NCBI GenBank assembly: GCA_002633005.1
Contig: NMRA01000081.1
Span: forward strand, 1,008,353 to 1,072,352
From: Phoronis australis
Lineage: Eukaryota > Animalia > Phoronida
DNA length: 64,000 nucleotides
Reading direction: 5' to 3'
The notes below the pieces were generated by a model. It had not been told where the DNA came from. It saw nothing but the letters and a program-made list of their open reading frames with translations, and made no database searches. A program made the position numbers and the translations under genes. Positions 11,867-26,800 of the stretch are shown here, one piece after another. Each line of letters opens with the position of its first letter. The first letter of the stretch is position 1.

Positions 11867-14800
11867 CTAAAACAATGTAACAGTGGTTAGAGACTACTAA
11901 AGATAGGAGCCTTTTAACACACAAAATAAATGTAATTAGTGATGTTGGTTGAAATGGAAAAGACATATTTATACTTAGAATTAAATTACATAAAATGTGA
12001 TACTTGTTTCTAAATCTTAAAACATTTAAAAGCAGTTTTGTGTGGCATATGCCTAGAAAGAAAAGATTTTTTTAACAGTTGATATGTTACTTCCCAACCA
12101 TTTACTGTGAGTGTACTTGATATTATCCAATTAACATGGCAGAGTGAGTGAAACTATATCATAAACAACCTGAGGATTAATAGTTTGAATCGTTCAAAAG
12201 GACTTTATTTAAGGGTTGCTGTAACGCCACTGACTCAGTCAACATGGAATATAAACAAATTGCACGTCACAAGAAATGAAACTGACTGAAATTTTTTGGA
12301 TGAATATGCGCAATGCCAACTCCGCTTTTGGAAAAGTCTGAAAACTAATACAAAGTCAAAGCACTCAGAACTGATCAAAGTGTTCAAGTGAATCTCTGTT
12401 CACCCTACACTTCCAAGCATTGAGATCTAGTGCACCCACCTTCCAAAATTTTTTGGGTTCATTTCACATTCTTGGGGTCCATGAAAACAATTGAAAAATC
12501 ATTTCATAGTCCTAGGATGATGCACAATGCATATTGAAAACTGAAAAAAATTGCGGGGCCACGGTGATACACTCTTCTTCAACTTAACAGTGTCTAATAA
12601 TGCAAACATGACATGGGCAAACACAGGATGAACGGACTTCTACTGATCTGTAAGTCTAAGGTCAACCACTACACAGTGACTCTGTAAGAAATCAGGGGCC
12701 TGTCTCGTGAAAGTGACTCAAGACTTCAGACAGAGATTTGGTCCTGCACTCCACACAATTACTGCAGAAACGTCATTAAATCTGACATGAGCTGAAATGG
12801 ACAGTCTCTGATAATATACACATAACTGCTAGTTACTGGGATAATTACAATGAAATATTTCTAGACTGTGATGCACTCATAATTATTTTACTGGCTAAAC
12901 CATTTTTCAGCAATTGTGAAGTGTGAATGTAAGATTGAATTTCTGTCTTTGTGTCAAAATCACTCGTGAAATACGCCACATGTGACAAACTGTTTGTATT
13001 TTAAAAAATGACAATTATGCCATATCTAGGAGTTACTAAATTATAATGCAGTTCACCACAATAAACTTGGCCATTTTATGATATCAATGGGAAAGCTAGC
13101 AGTGGTCTAATTATTTCTTGTACGACTTAGTTGAATCAGAAAACAGTCATTTGTTGAAATAAGAAAGACTAGACTATTCACATTTACCCGTGAAAATTCA
13201 TAAATCACGAAACATCTGGAAACTTACTTAAATATTTTCTTGACAATACTGAAGCTACTGTCTACTTCTGCTGGGTGCCAGGTGCAATGTTGGGCAAATA
13301 ATTTCAATAAATTTCCAGAAGTTTTGCAATCTAAAATTTTTCGCATTTAGTAAATTCACCTAGATTAATGATAATGTCAATCACATATTCATGAGATGTT
13401 GTAACAGGAAAGACTAGTTCAGATTTATTAAATTCCCAGCCAACCTCGTTTAATGATATTTTCAAAAACTGCAAAGTTCTATTTTGCATTTCTCTAGAGC
13501 TGCCACCTTTAGTCAAGTGTTCACACTAACCTTTGTGTTTCAGCTCAGACATCAAGTGGCTAGAGAACTCGTATCCATCAGTCAGTGTAACAAAGCAGTA
13601 AGTACACTCGCCCTTGATTTTGTGAGGGTGAGAAACAACCGCAGCCTCTGATACAGACGAGTGCTCAACCAGGGCTGACTCGATCTCGGCTGTACTCAGT
13701 AGATGACCAGACACATTCACCATGTCATCAATACGCCCTGTGATCCAGATATAACCATCCTTGTCTCTTTTGGCACCTGTGTGTGAAGACGTTTTTGACA
13801 ATGATATCCTGCACCAGCTGATGTCTTTAACAAAAGATTTTTAACAGTTTTACCAGATTTTAAAGTGTTTTCCCAACATGTGCATTGCCTCATTTTATCT
13901 GGTCTCGACACATCATTTTTAAAAGACATATAAATTCAATTCAATGATCAACTGTTTTGCTCGCAAAGCAAATTATGTAATCACTTGAAAAGTATTCTGT
14001 TCTAAGCATTTGCATTTTCGAAATACTTCTTGACTAGTAGATATAAACTTAAATTGAGGAATTAAAACAGCCCATAATAAGAAAAATAGCAAGATAATTA
14101 CTCAAAGAGTGATTATTTTTTGTACTTTGATAATCAGTTCAGCACCACAGATATGAATGTATGTAACTAGCCGTGCGTGAACATCAGCCAGACCTGTGGT
14201 AATGCCAGGATGCCTTACCATCACCCGTAAAGTAGTATCCCTTGGTAACATAAGGCCTTACCATCACCAGTACAGTAGTATCCCTGGAACTTCTTGAAGT
14301 AGGTCGTCTCGAACCTCTCCTGGTTATTATAGACAGTGCGCATGATGCCCGGCCATGGCTGACTGAACACCTGTAACACAGACATACACATCAACAAAGA
14401 CCAGAATGACTTCAATGGATCTCAGTGGTCTAGTGTACCACCGTGTGATGGTCAGTTCAACGACTAATTGTTCTAAACAATCATGGCAGAGTTTAGCTGC
14501 AGTTGTTTGTGAAGGAATCCTCTTCCTACTGACAATGCTTGGACAAAGAAAGAAATATGAGGGAATTTCCAGGTGTGAAACAACGCTGCCTATTTAAAGT
14601 AGACACAATGGATTAACTATGTGAAAAATAGCCCCACCGAATACCCATTACAAGTTTGTTTGGATGGACCTGGACAAAATAAAAGGCATTTATGCGCTAC
14701 CTTGATTAAATTGAAACCTAAATTAGCTCATTTTCAAACATTTCAATGTGACTCAAAATTGTTACCTACATTTTGTCTTATTAAAAATTTATTCTAAAGA

Positions 14801-17800
14801 AAAGACTACAAAACATTACAAATCAAAACTACTAGGATGACATTTCTACAACACAAAATAACGGTTCGTTGCCGATATGTTACCCGTTTAAAATTTGCTC
14901 CAAGTGTCCACCATTTTACTGCAAACACTTTTAACTTGCAGGCAGCATGACCTTTTTTAGTCAATCTGTTTGATGGATATGGAAGCAGATGCCAAAAACA
15001 CGCAGTGAGGGATACGCAAAGAAAGCCTAAACTGGAATTTAGGAGTCGCCACAGTAGTCACATTCACCAGTCCTGCTCTCTTCAATAGGAGCATGCTATA
15101 GACTAAATTTTGTAAAGATCCATCAAGGAACTTCAGTTGGTACGTACAAAGACAGAGGCCACATAATTATCATTAAGGGACAACACTGTAGTCATGTTCT
15201 CCTCAATAAGAATAAAATAATGTTACAGTAATAAATTTCATGAAGATAAATATTAAGGGACTTGGTAGTTATTGAGGCAGCGACAAAATATATGCCACTA
15301 GGTGTCCCGTAGTAATTTGCCCATTGGAAAATCAATGTAGCACTCGCATCAATAAAAACATCTGTCAAATTTCCTAATGACACTAGTTTGGTGGGTAGAG
15401 AAGTGACGGGGAAAATAAACTAGGGGAGCAAAATACTATGAGGAAAACAGTTACAATCATGCATACTAAATAGTCCTAAATTCCAACTTTTAGCAAGCGT
15501 ACAAATTCCCAAAGTACAATGGATTAACATGGACATTACCACAGGCAAGCACAGTGTCCCAAGACTAATGTAACATACCAGGTATCCCTCGCCTTCACCC
15601 TCTATTTTCTTTCCCTCTTCATTGAGAATATCTGGCACAATACCAAAGAACGGAAAGGTCTGAAACACGCAATATCACATTCATAGAGCCACAAGCAGTA
15701 CAGTAGAGACATCTGTTGTTGAAAACACAAACAAATTCTTCACTTGGTGTAAGGCCAAGCCACAACTATTCTCACCAGAAGTGCTATTTTCTCAACAAAA
15801 ATCTGAACCAAATTCCCTACTTTAAAATTTCTTAAATATAATTCTACATCTGCCGTGATTTAAATTGCAAACGGCTCATCAAAATGTAAAAGCTTTAATG
15901 TATTCATGTTTAACAAAGACATATGATGTGTTCACTTAACTGTTCAACAAGCAAGCTATGAACAAACTGATCACATTATGTGGTTGTTTTACAGAACAAC
16001 GGGGAAATGACATTTCAATAAAGTTTAATCTTACATTAGGAAAGTACTGATGAAAGCCAGTTGGCGTGTACCGTAAACTATAGAGCAGTCATATTAATGA
16101 GCCATGACATCAACCGATGACAAAGACACTGTTGATGATGCTAGCACTGACAACAAAAGTGACGCCGATGCGACTGGCAATGACAACGACGTCGATGCCA
16201 GTTACACCAAAGATGACAATGAGGCTATTGCCCACAATGACGGCAACAATTGGACAACACCAACGTGCCGACAATTGCAAGTCTGACCTTGGCTGGATAG
16301 TCAAGCTTACACTGTCAGTGAAGACGAGGTCAATGACACTAGCGCAACCATGCAAACAACTGGAACACTCTATGAGAAGAGAGTGCGTCCACTAGTACAA
16401 CCATGCAGACAACTAGAGTGCATCCAGCACCCATATCAACAAGATCGTCGTCACCACAGCCAACACCATTTGACTACCAAAATGCCGATGATAATAAAGA
16501 TGGCCACTGAAACCAACAGCACCTATGCTAAAGGTGACACCACTGCAAACCACAATTCCCCCACCCAGTCTCCAAACTCCGAAAAATGGGTGTCACACAT
16601 GATTACATGATGGTTCCAGGTTTAAAAATCATATGCTAAACAAAATTTTCTTGTAGTTTTGTACTGTTTTAAACCAAAAACACATTTCCTCAGGTTTCAT
16701 GGAAAAATCAAAATATTTATACTGTACGTTTGCAAAGGGAAGAGTGTTCCCCTGTTGTCCGCTAACACCCTGGAAAACATTGACAATGACACTGGCGATG
16801 CTGGTGACCACAATGATCATGGAAATGAAAACGTAGATAAATGTGTATCTGTGTAAATTCCATTTTGTGTGCATGAAAAATGTAGCGCTCATAGCAATAA
16901 ACCAATAAAAGAGCAAGGATGACTTTGTCAATAAAAGAAAAGTCAACAGGTCAGTGAATTTTGAATGGCAAGTCATAGCATATTCAGATAGTGCTTTGAC
17001 ATTCATCTACCTATCAAAGTTCAGAAAAATCCGTCAAGAGACGCCATAGATACCGAGCGAGAAATCAACAAATGAAAGAGAAGTCATCCAATAACCAAGT
17101 CGTGTAGCCCTTGACGAAATCTAGCGAAAATTAAAAAAATGGCCACCACAGCGCCATCTTGCGTCTGATTTCGCCCAAAAATAATAGACTCCAAGCTTTC
17201 CATGTGATGAATATTGTGTGTAAATTACATGTCATTTGGACAAAATGTGCGACCTGTAGCATGCGTATGAGAACTCATGAACAAAGAGGTAGGAATTGGG
17301 CAATAAAAGAAGTCATCAGCTCAGGAAACTTCAAATAACACGAAAAGCCAAAGGGTAAGTCAGTGTGGGAAATGAATTGCAGAATTGAGACAGCACTTGT
17401 TGAGAACTATCCACAAGCCAAATTTCAGACAGATGAAGTACAGAGATGTTGCACGAGTAATCAATCAATGGTCAATGAAAATCTCCAATAACTCAAGAAC
17501 AGTAGGTTGAAGCGAGAAACATATGAAACACCACCAACAGCCCTTGAACAGATCTATCATTAAATTTCAGAAGAACCCCTAAAAGGGGCTCTGTGAAGTG
17601 AAAATTTAGAAAATGGTCGACACAGTACCACCTCTAATGCGATTTCCCACAAGAACAATACATCTCGCGATTTTAACATAACACATCGAGTGTGTTAATT
17701 TCATGTCGATCAGACAAAAAAATGTGACATATAGCATATGTACTAACAAAAAAACAAGCTTCATGACAAAGCAACAAAACTGGAGAAATTTCACTTCACC

Positions 17801-20800
17801 AAGAAATAGTGGATATTCCACAATGTTGTGAAGAAGCCACCGAGCGAAGAAAAATTTGTTGATACAGTACAAAATAGAGACATTATTTCAAAGCAGATAA
17901 TTCATTGACTCTGATTCTAGACTCAATGGCTGATTACATTGCTACATACAACACACCACTTTACTTACAGCTGATCCAGGTTTAGTGGGCGTGGCTCCAG
18001 GCAATGGTGTGATCACATGACCACCCTGTGGAGAGAACAAAGTAGCGTGAACTGCGAGTACTCTCACATGCTCTGTGTAGCTTTATACCTCAGTTAACAC
18101 ACGATATGTATAAATCGTGTAGCTTGTACATTAACTAAATACATATGATATATAAAGAGCTGTATGGGCTCGTTGATGGCCACACACCGGGGTAAATGTC
18201 ATGACTAAAAATTTATTCTTCAAGAGCTATCAGGCTCATTTGTGCTGTTTGCTGACTCTGGTTTCTGCATGTCTGTAAACTGCCATGCATGGGATGCCAG
18301 TCCATCACAGATTACTTCCTGGTCATTACAGGTTCTTACTTACACAAAATGGCTTGCCGAAGGTTAAGTGTCTTGTTCAAAGAAGTGTTCCAAAATATAA
18401 CATGTGTGGAAACACAACTGGCAAAACACAACATATCGAACGTTGTTCGCTTATTTGTGTGCTCATAACCAAAATGTTTGAGGCACAATTCCATATTAAA
18501 GTTAATATGAAATTTAAGTTCAGTCACAATCAACACAACACAGAATGCTGACCCATCACAAGACATTACTTATGGACGTCACTACATTGCCACAAAGATG
18601 GATGATCATAAATGTCAGAACATATCAAGAGAAATCACTTCATCTGCAAGTCCAAATACATGTTACACTTCAACACAAGAGAATGCAAATGAATTCAGAA
18701 ACCTGAGTGTTTAAGTCAGTCAGCAATCTTCAAATTTATAAATACTTCAACTTAAAAACCCGTTTTTTCTCCAAGAAAAGCTGCTGCCAAAATACTCCGA
18801 TTTTACTAACCAAAACAATTTAATATTCACACCAGTTATTCAGTCCGTCTCCTTACCGTCTCAGTTTGCCAGAATGTGTCGACAACGGAGGCGTTTCCGT
18901 TACCAACAACATTGTGATACCACAGCCAGGCTTCAGGGTTAATGGGCTCCCCGACAGTGCCGAGGACCTTCAGAGATTCACGACTGTACCTGAGATGGGA
19001 GTAGACAAGACGAGTCATCACACAAAAACAACAGGGATGGAGAATTGTCTACACCAGTATTAATTAAATATTTATCTGCAGACGTTTTGACCATACTAAA
19101 TGAATGTTCTTTCAAGACATCTGTCCACAAATTGGTGGATTAAGGGTTTCTTGAAATGATTTCTAAAATCTAAACTCTAACCTATTTACATTATCATCAC
19201 ACGTAAATAGGCAAACGGTTGGTACATAGACTTACAGCATCTCCACTTCCAAGGTGGTTTTAAGAAATTACATGTTTTCCTGAAAAATGAAATGACCAAC
19301 AGGGAGGCCAAGGTAGTTGGTTATGCCTGAAAATGACCAGTGCTAGTCAAATTCTCATTACACACCTCTGTGAAAAATTTCAACAACATTCATCAAATCG
19401 ATTCATCTTGCGGGTGCACAAAAATCTTTCTTAAAAACACATTCCCTCCAACCCTATACAACTTCAGTATTTACAGTACGTCACACAACAACTTACTTCT
19501 TCACATAATGGTCACCATACTTCATCAGTGACCTGATGGCTGTGGGGGCAGTGTAAAACTTGGTCACTTTGTATTTGTCTACAACAGCCCAAAAACGGCC
19601 CGGGTCGGGGAAAAAAGGTGTGCCCTCATACTGAAATCATACAAACAAAAGAATCATGGATGACCGACTTAACACAAATATTGAGTATGGAATTGAACAC
19701 AAATATCGTCATCTTAGATATGGATCAAGGATCTTGGCCCAATTTGCCTAGTAACCTTTGAATCACTTTCTAATTTGACGAACTAATTGCTATACAACAG
19801 AAATAGAAATAAACACATGAACTGCAGAATCGTGATCCAACACTGTTCAAAACATTCGTTTCAATGATATAACAGTTTTACAATGTGCCGGTAATGTAAA
19901 TAAGTACAGGGGTATGTTACTTGGACTAATGAAGCAGTATTATCCAGAAACATTTGACAGTCACTTATTCTCATCTTCACAAAAACATTTACCACTCCCC
20001 TATTCATAAACAGCACACTTCTGATATAGGTATTTATATAATTCAGAAAAGAGCTATACTTGGGCCTAGTCAAGTCAACCATTTGTGTGGTAACAGTACA
20101 TTGTTCATGCATTACTCTCACCAGCAAACCCCACTGTTCCACAGACCCCAAACATAAGAACTCCCAGATAAAAGCAAACACAATAATAGTTTGTGCTACT
20201 CAGATCCCAACAGTGTGGGTCATTTAATAACGCAGCATGAATTCACAGTAGATAAACCAATGGAAATTTGATTTAGTGTACATGATTGTACTTCGTTATG
20301 TGGAACAGGACCTGTGAAAATACTTGACAAATTTATGATCAGAAAGCACAAACGGTAAACTTCATTTTACACGAACAACAACTGTCTGGTAGTTTTTATT
20401 TGTTCTGAGCTCACCCACCCACAATTTTTATTTCAAGTGCCTTCCCACCAAAACTGACTTTACTGGAACAGTCCTCAGCTGGATGCAAGTAAAGATTCTT
20501 ACAATGATGCCTGTTGCTCCGTTGCCCAGAGGTCCGTAACAAATGTACGTGTGACCAGTAATCCAGCCTACATCAGCCGTACACCAGTAGACATCATCGT
20601 CATGGTAGTCGAATGAGTACTTGAACGTGGTCGAAGAGTACAGCATGTAACCTCCGATGGTGTGCAGCACCCCCTTGGGTTTGCCAGTAGAACCACTGAA
20701 ACACGACGACTCTTGACTAATAAACTGGTATGAATCTAGGCAACTTGTGAATGACAAAACTTTTGAACAATGCTGTAAATTACAAAGTAACCAAATATAG

Positions 20801-23800
20801 AAAACATATGGCAATATAAAATTCTAAACTTTTTTTAAAAAGCACAGATCATTGAGATCAGCAGTCTGTTGCATTAGTGTTACTTTTCATTCATGAGACG
20901 ATCAGCCCACTGCCTTCAGACCATACAAAATCAACCACGAGAATTAGTACCAATTACGTGGTGTATAACATAAATATAGTGTCCTCAGCTCCCATTAAAT
21001 GATGTATAACATATACAGAGGGTCCAAAGCTCACATTATCTGTATTGGACTGACAAGTTTTATTGCTGCATTATGTCAGCTCGCATTACCTGGTGTACAA
21101 CATAAATAGAGGATCCTCAGCGTCCATCCACTCGGGTTCGCACTCATCACTGACATCATCAGTCATGAGGTCATGCCACCAGAGGTCACGGCTAGCATCA
21201 ACACGCGCCTGTAATCACCATGGTGACAGATGGTGAGTAGTAATATGCAAATCCATTATCTAAAATTAACTGACAGTATCATACACTTCATAGAATTCAT
21301 AACAATAAATTTATGGGACATTGACACTAAATAAAATCCATTCTTAGTCCCTACGCCACTACAATACAGGAAACACTCAGCCGTCATTCAAACTGACCAA
21401 ACGACAAGGAAGTAAACACCATGGACATCCAAAAGCTTACATGGACATCCAACAACTGAATCATGTCAACCTCCCTGCCTCCCCCTCCCCCTTCACGTAC
21501 TTGACAGAACCGCATATCCTGCCCCGAAGTGTCATGCCACAATGCATGATGTTTGTTAAGACCCTTCTACGACTGAAATTGATTCTGACCTCAAGTGGAA
21601 TTTCAGGCTGGCAAGAGGGATTTGAGATCTTTTTTGGAATGACTTGTAAGATGAGAATTAAGCTGACATTTGTCTCCAAAATCCACACACGGAGGGTCCT
21701 CATTAATGAATTTTGTGAAAAAAGGATGCACACCACCATGCACAAAACTCGTTGTAACAAACTAAGACAATTGTAAACTCTGCTCACAGATAATTTACGA
21801 CATGGTCGCTTGGCTGGTCTCTCCTCACACTCATCGTCACCAGCTGACCCGTTCTCTTCAAACACCATATCATGAGGTGGACTCAGATGACGTACCACGA
21901 TGCAGGTCTCCACTGACTGTCCACTGAAAAGGGTGCAGAATATATTGGAGTATGGATAAATACAGTGAACTGAGGTGATGTTAGTACTACCATGCATGTG
22001 CATTTTTGATAGCCCTTTATATGAAAGTGCATCATTTCAAAAAAACGGTGCTTTGGAGAACAGCGCATAAAGCACAGTCAGATAATTTCATATGAATCCG
22101 ACCACCTATCTCTGGGATACGATGTTTCGAAGGTGGCCAAATTTGAACAGCTTTCTAGATCTACATAACCTTAAGAGTTGTTATTCTTCTTGGAATGATT
22201 GTGCAGTCATGTGTTTTGCAACACTATGCTATGTTAAGTTGATGTCCTGCAGGCAGTTGCTGTCACAAGGAAGTCATTGGCCACATCCCGAATTCAACTC
22301 TCCTCTTTCTTGAGAGTAGAAAAATGCACTGTATGAATTGAGAAAGTTTTTGAAAGGCTATGCTGCTAGATATTTCTGAGCTGACATAGACAAGAAAAGT
22401 ATGATACATCATGTCCTACACCCTACTTGTCAATTGTTATCGTACAAAACGGCAAACCATAAAAAGCTGCTGGATCCGAGTTATCCAACTAAGATGGCTA
22501 AAATTCAAGTTAAACTGAACTTTTTGTATGTTATACGTCAAAAAGAATTGTGATATTTGATCCAGGTAAAAATATGTAAGGCCCATTGTCCATGCATTCT
22601 CTAACAATAATCACGGATCAGATTTTCCAGGGGACCCCCCAACTAAATTTTTTCAGTTACTTTTAGAGATTGCAATGTCACGCTTATTTAGGGAGTTTTA
22701 TATCCGGATTAAAGATCATGATTTGTTTCAATGGATAAAATATAAAAGATTTCATTTTGGTGCAATTCAAATTTTAGATATCTTATTCACCACCTTAAAC
22801 TGCAATTTGAATGATGAATGTCAAAATAATTTTGATGTAAAACAGTGACAAGCACAGCGTAACATACAACTGTGGGACACTGTCCTACTAAATTGCCCAT
22901 CAGAGCGAGTGATTGTCAAGGAATCGGGGGAGCTATGGGATGTGACTATTACATAATATATATTACGTGCGTCAGTGTAGAAGGATTGGTGAATATAAAC
23001 AACCAGCACCAGGTTTGCCTGTTTCATACTCCAAGATATGACAGTAAACAAGTTACTTACACTTCAGCACAACGCTCCATGGCTCCATCAGCTATTTCCT
23101 TGAGATTGATCAGTTTAGTCCCTCTGTAGACGCCATCTACAGGACATATAACATGTTAACGACATTATCAAATTGAAACCGAAATACAAGTCACTGGAGT
23201 GTTTCCGGATGCTACGTTTTTGCATTATTTTACACAACCTAAATAAAAAGACGCATCGACTAAAGTATATGGTTGCATCATCTCAGACAGAATTTTTGAT
23301 CAATTGTTAAAAATAACAACCACCTGCTTTGCTATTTGGTTGTCCTATCATATTATGAATTGATAACAGTATTCCCCCCATCCCCCCGATGTTAGGTCAT
23401 TTTGAGAAGCTTGGAAGTGTAAAGAAAACACTGTCACTACACAACATCCAACATCACTCGTGATAACAATCGTGCAATAAATGAAAATAATAATAAAAAC
23501 TCAAGACTTTACAAGGGAATATTAACTTTTTGACGGCATTTTTGGCACAATCTACTTCATAAAAATAATAACTTCTCAACTTTGAAGAGCACAATCTACT
23601 TCATAAAAATAATAACTTCTCAACTTTGAAGAGCGACACAGCAATTAAGCTGTCTGAAAAAGTTGGCTGGTACAGGTAAGCTGTTCTTACTTCCCTGTTA
23701 AGATCACTGGTTTTAGTCACACTCCTGGTACAAAAGTGCCATTTGACTTGTCTGATGAGTCCAGAAACAGACAATAACAGTACAATTACAGCGATTCAGC

Positions 23801-26800
23801 CAGTCAGACACAGGCTTAGCAGTGTATCACTTGCTCACAGTGACACACATCCAGTGTGATCAAACAATTTAGATTTCGCTTTGACAACATCGACTAAAAA
23901 GATTCAAGAGTTCGGAGATTGTAAAATATGCCAAATTGAACAGTCAAAAACTCCTTAAAATGTAGCATTCTGATTGAAGACAGTGTAAATCGCTGAAACC
24001 ACTGCACAGTGAGAGGGAAAAGATTATCCATCTTGAACAGTAGTCGAGATTAGAGCTAAGCTAATAGGTGTCTAGCCAAATGGTGTGATCAGAACAGCTG
24101 ATTCTTACTCTGATATTATCTTTTAATCATCACTTGATAAGGAGATGAAATAGCTGCCCAGTGACACGTACAATCATCTGCTTGAGATGCCAATGGAGAA
24201 AGCAAATGAATCGGGTTAAAAACCAAATCAAATCATAGCGAAAACCAACATCTCTGGTACAAGACTACTCAGCTTCTAACTTACCCCCCGTGATGAGGAC
24301 CTTGCATTTGGCATCGATAATCCTCTCAGCTAGCGAATCAGCAGAGAATCCCCCAAACTAAACAAAGGAAAAACAAAAGGAAAAGTCATAAACATGCACT
24401 AAAGGTTAAAAATAAGGTTTGCAGCTGCTGTGATTTAGTTTACTGCCATCTGTACGCAAGAATGTTCATGGGCAGCACACCATGGGGGGCTGGGGGGCTA
24501 TAGGCCCCCACTTTTTTCAGTGCTGCACCACCCATGGTGTTAGTATGAGTTTTAAGTTGTCTTTTTAGTAGTTGGTTGACCAAAATTTACAATGTGACAA
24601 GTTAACAGTAAACAACAGTACTGGAATTCGACTATTTTTGAAAAGGTGTTCGCTGTGAGCTTGAGACATACAGTCACACTTTTCAAAATAAATATTTTAA
24701 GTGGCTATAAACCAACCTTAGATCACAAAAATTACTTTTCACTAAGTCCCCTTACTGATGAGAAAGTGGTCTCAAATTGCTCTTTTGCGAAATCTGAGGC
24801 GACTTCAGGGCTTCAAAACAAGTCCCAGTTGGTCATTGCTTGACCCCAGGTTCTGCAAGTTGACTTGCCATGCGGGGGGGGGGGGGGGGGGTCACTTTAG
24901 GTGCTGAGCAGGGTATCAAGCAATAAGAAACTGTTAATTTTTCCAAACCAACAAACCACTTCTCATCACAGGAAAAAGTTGAGATCCCATTTCTAGCAGT
25001 AAGGGTCTATATCAAAAGTTAGTTTCTTTGACAACACGGATTTATCTACCAAAGTTTCATCTAGGAATTGGCACTAGTAGCTATAGTATTGCATGTCTAC
25101 ACTCAAATATAACTTAAAAATCCTTCAACTTTGGTAAAAACACAATAAAACCGATCCGACCAAAAGAGGGAAATGAAAGGGAAACAGGTATAGCTAATAC
25201 ATATCAAAGCTGCATGACAACACATACGGTCAAACGTCGGTACGATAACCTGCCCCCATACTGAAGTTCACTGTGACCAAAGTAACTTGCATAGAATACA
25301 TTTGCCTGGAGAATTATGGAATACTAGGTTATAAGTGAGGAACCTATTAAATACATACTAAACCAAGTAGGACTATACTCAACTCAAATAGAAGAACACA
25401 ACCGTGTATTAGGGAGTGGTAGGAGTGCGGTATGACAACACTGCACAGACAAGTTAAGTTCAAACCTGCCACAATCAGTAGTTCAGCGTTAGAGCAGAGG
25501 ATTCGTTCTGATAGACTGGCGACACTGTAGCCACCAAACTAGAGAAAGAGAGACAGAGTGCGAGAAGATAGAAACGGGAGAGATGGGGAGTTGAAAAATG
25601 GTGAATTATGAAATGGATGCTTTATAAAGCATGGAATGACCACAAGATTAACACAAACTAATATCGGAAAAGAATGTTAAGCATGCAACTACATACTGAT
25701 TAAACAGTTTTAAATAAGTACAATTACATCACAATTTTAGCCTCGAATGGCAGATACAACCGTGTAATAACCCATAAAGTTATCTCACTAGTGAGATAAC
25801 ATTTTGGCAGGAAACCGAGGCTGGATTCGAACCCGGGTCTCAAGAGTTTCGAGTCGCTGACTTTACCACTACACCACTCAGTGGCTGACGTCATCGAACG
25901 TGAAAATAGAATACTTAAATGAGCATGCGCAACAGTCGCATGTCCAGCAAAGGGCATTGCACCGACATTTATACGCTATGAAACATAAGACGCATAATTT
26001 CCATAAAAACGATATTATAATTCAGTGAAATTTTTCTCTCATGTTCTCTCACTTGTAAATCACCGATCTCCAATTTGAATGCGGGTATCGTGTAGTCGGG
26101 ATCCTTTGACTTGAGCATTATAGTCAGTTACTAGTGGTAACCCACTTTAGCAGACGATATTTTCCCCGGTCGAAGTTTAGCGTGATAAAATGTGTAGTAA
26201 GCTATAATAGTTGCTAAACCTTAATTTATATATTCCCTTTATTTCTATTTTATTCAAATTTGCAATTGGTTTTGAGTATATAAGCATTATTTGACAAAAA
26301 TAGCTCGGCTTTTCTAAAAGGTCACGACCTCCGACCCCGGGCCTCTGACATAAAAAGTAGTTACAAAGCCGAGGCGAGTCGAGAAAGGTAGATCGATTCA
26401 TTGCAATGTTTCTCGTTCAGTATGTGGTATAAATAGATTATTACATGTTCTCAGTCGGGCTCTAGATAAGGGTGATAACGACTTCGTCATGTAATAATCT
26501 ATATTCATGATAATGCTTAAATTCTACTATAGAATACAACAAATTTAAACTTTCAAGCATTTATTAAATAGGAATCAAAAAAATTAACAAGTGAAAGAAA
26601 ACACACTCAAGAGAAGTTCTTTCACGTACATTCTACTTCCCTGCGAGTACTGTATCTTTGATGGGATCACACCAAAATGTGTTTCAAATTATCTCAATAT
26701 TATTGTATATGGCTCATAGCTGACATCAAACCTGCTGTACAACTTTCATCAAATCTGACAATAACCTTTCAAGGGTTTGTCAGTTAAAAATCATAACCAT

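Noticed and set aside
16104-16610. Overlapping Asp/Thr-rich ORFs in ACSS2 intron 11
   Set aside because: Low-complexity GAT/GAC/AAC-rich decayed repeat; no splice context or family similarity recognised.
21461-22003. 180-aa minus-strand ORF
   Set aside because: Only 21788-21923 is ACSS2 exon; the rest is read-through into flanking introns.
25813-25884. Functional tRNA gene
   Set aside because: The anticodon stem does not pair and the T stem is imperfect; better explained as a SINE head or pseudo-tRNA.
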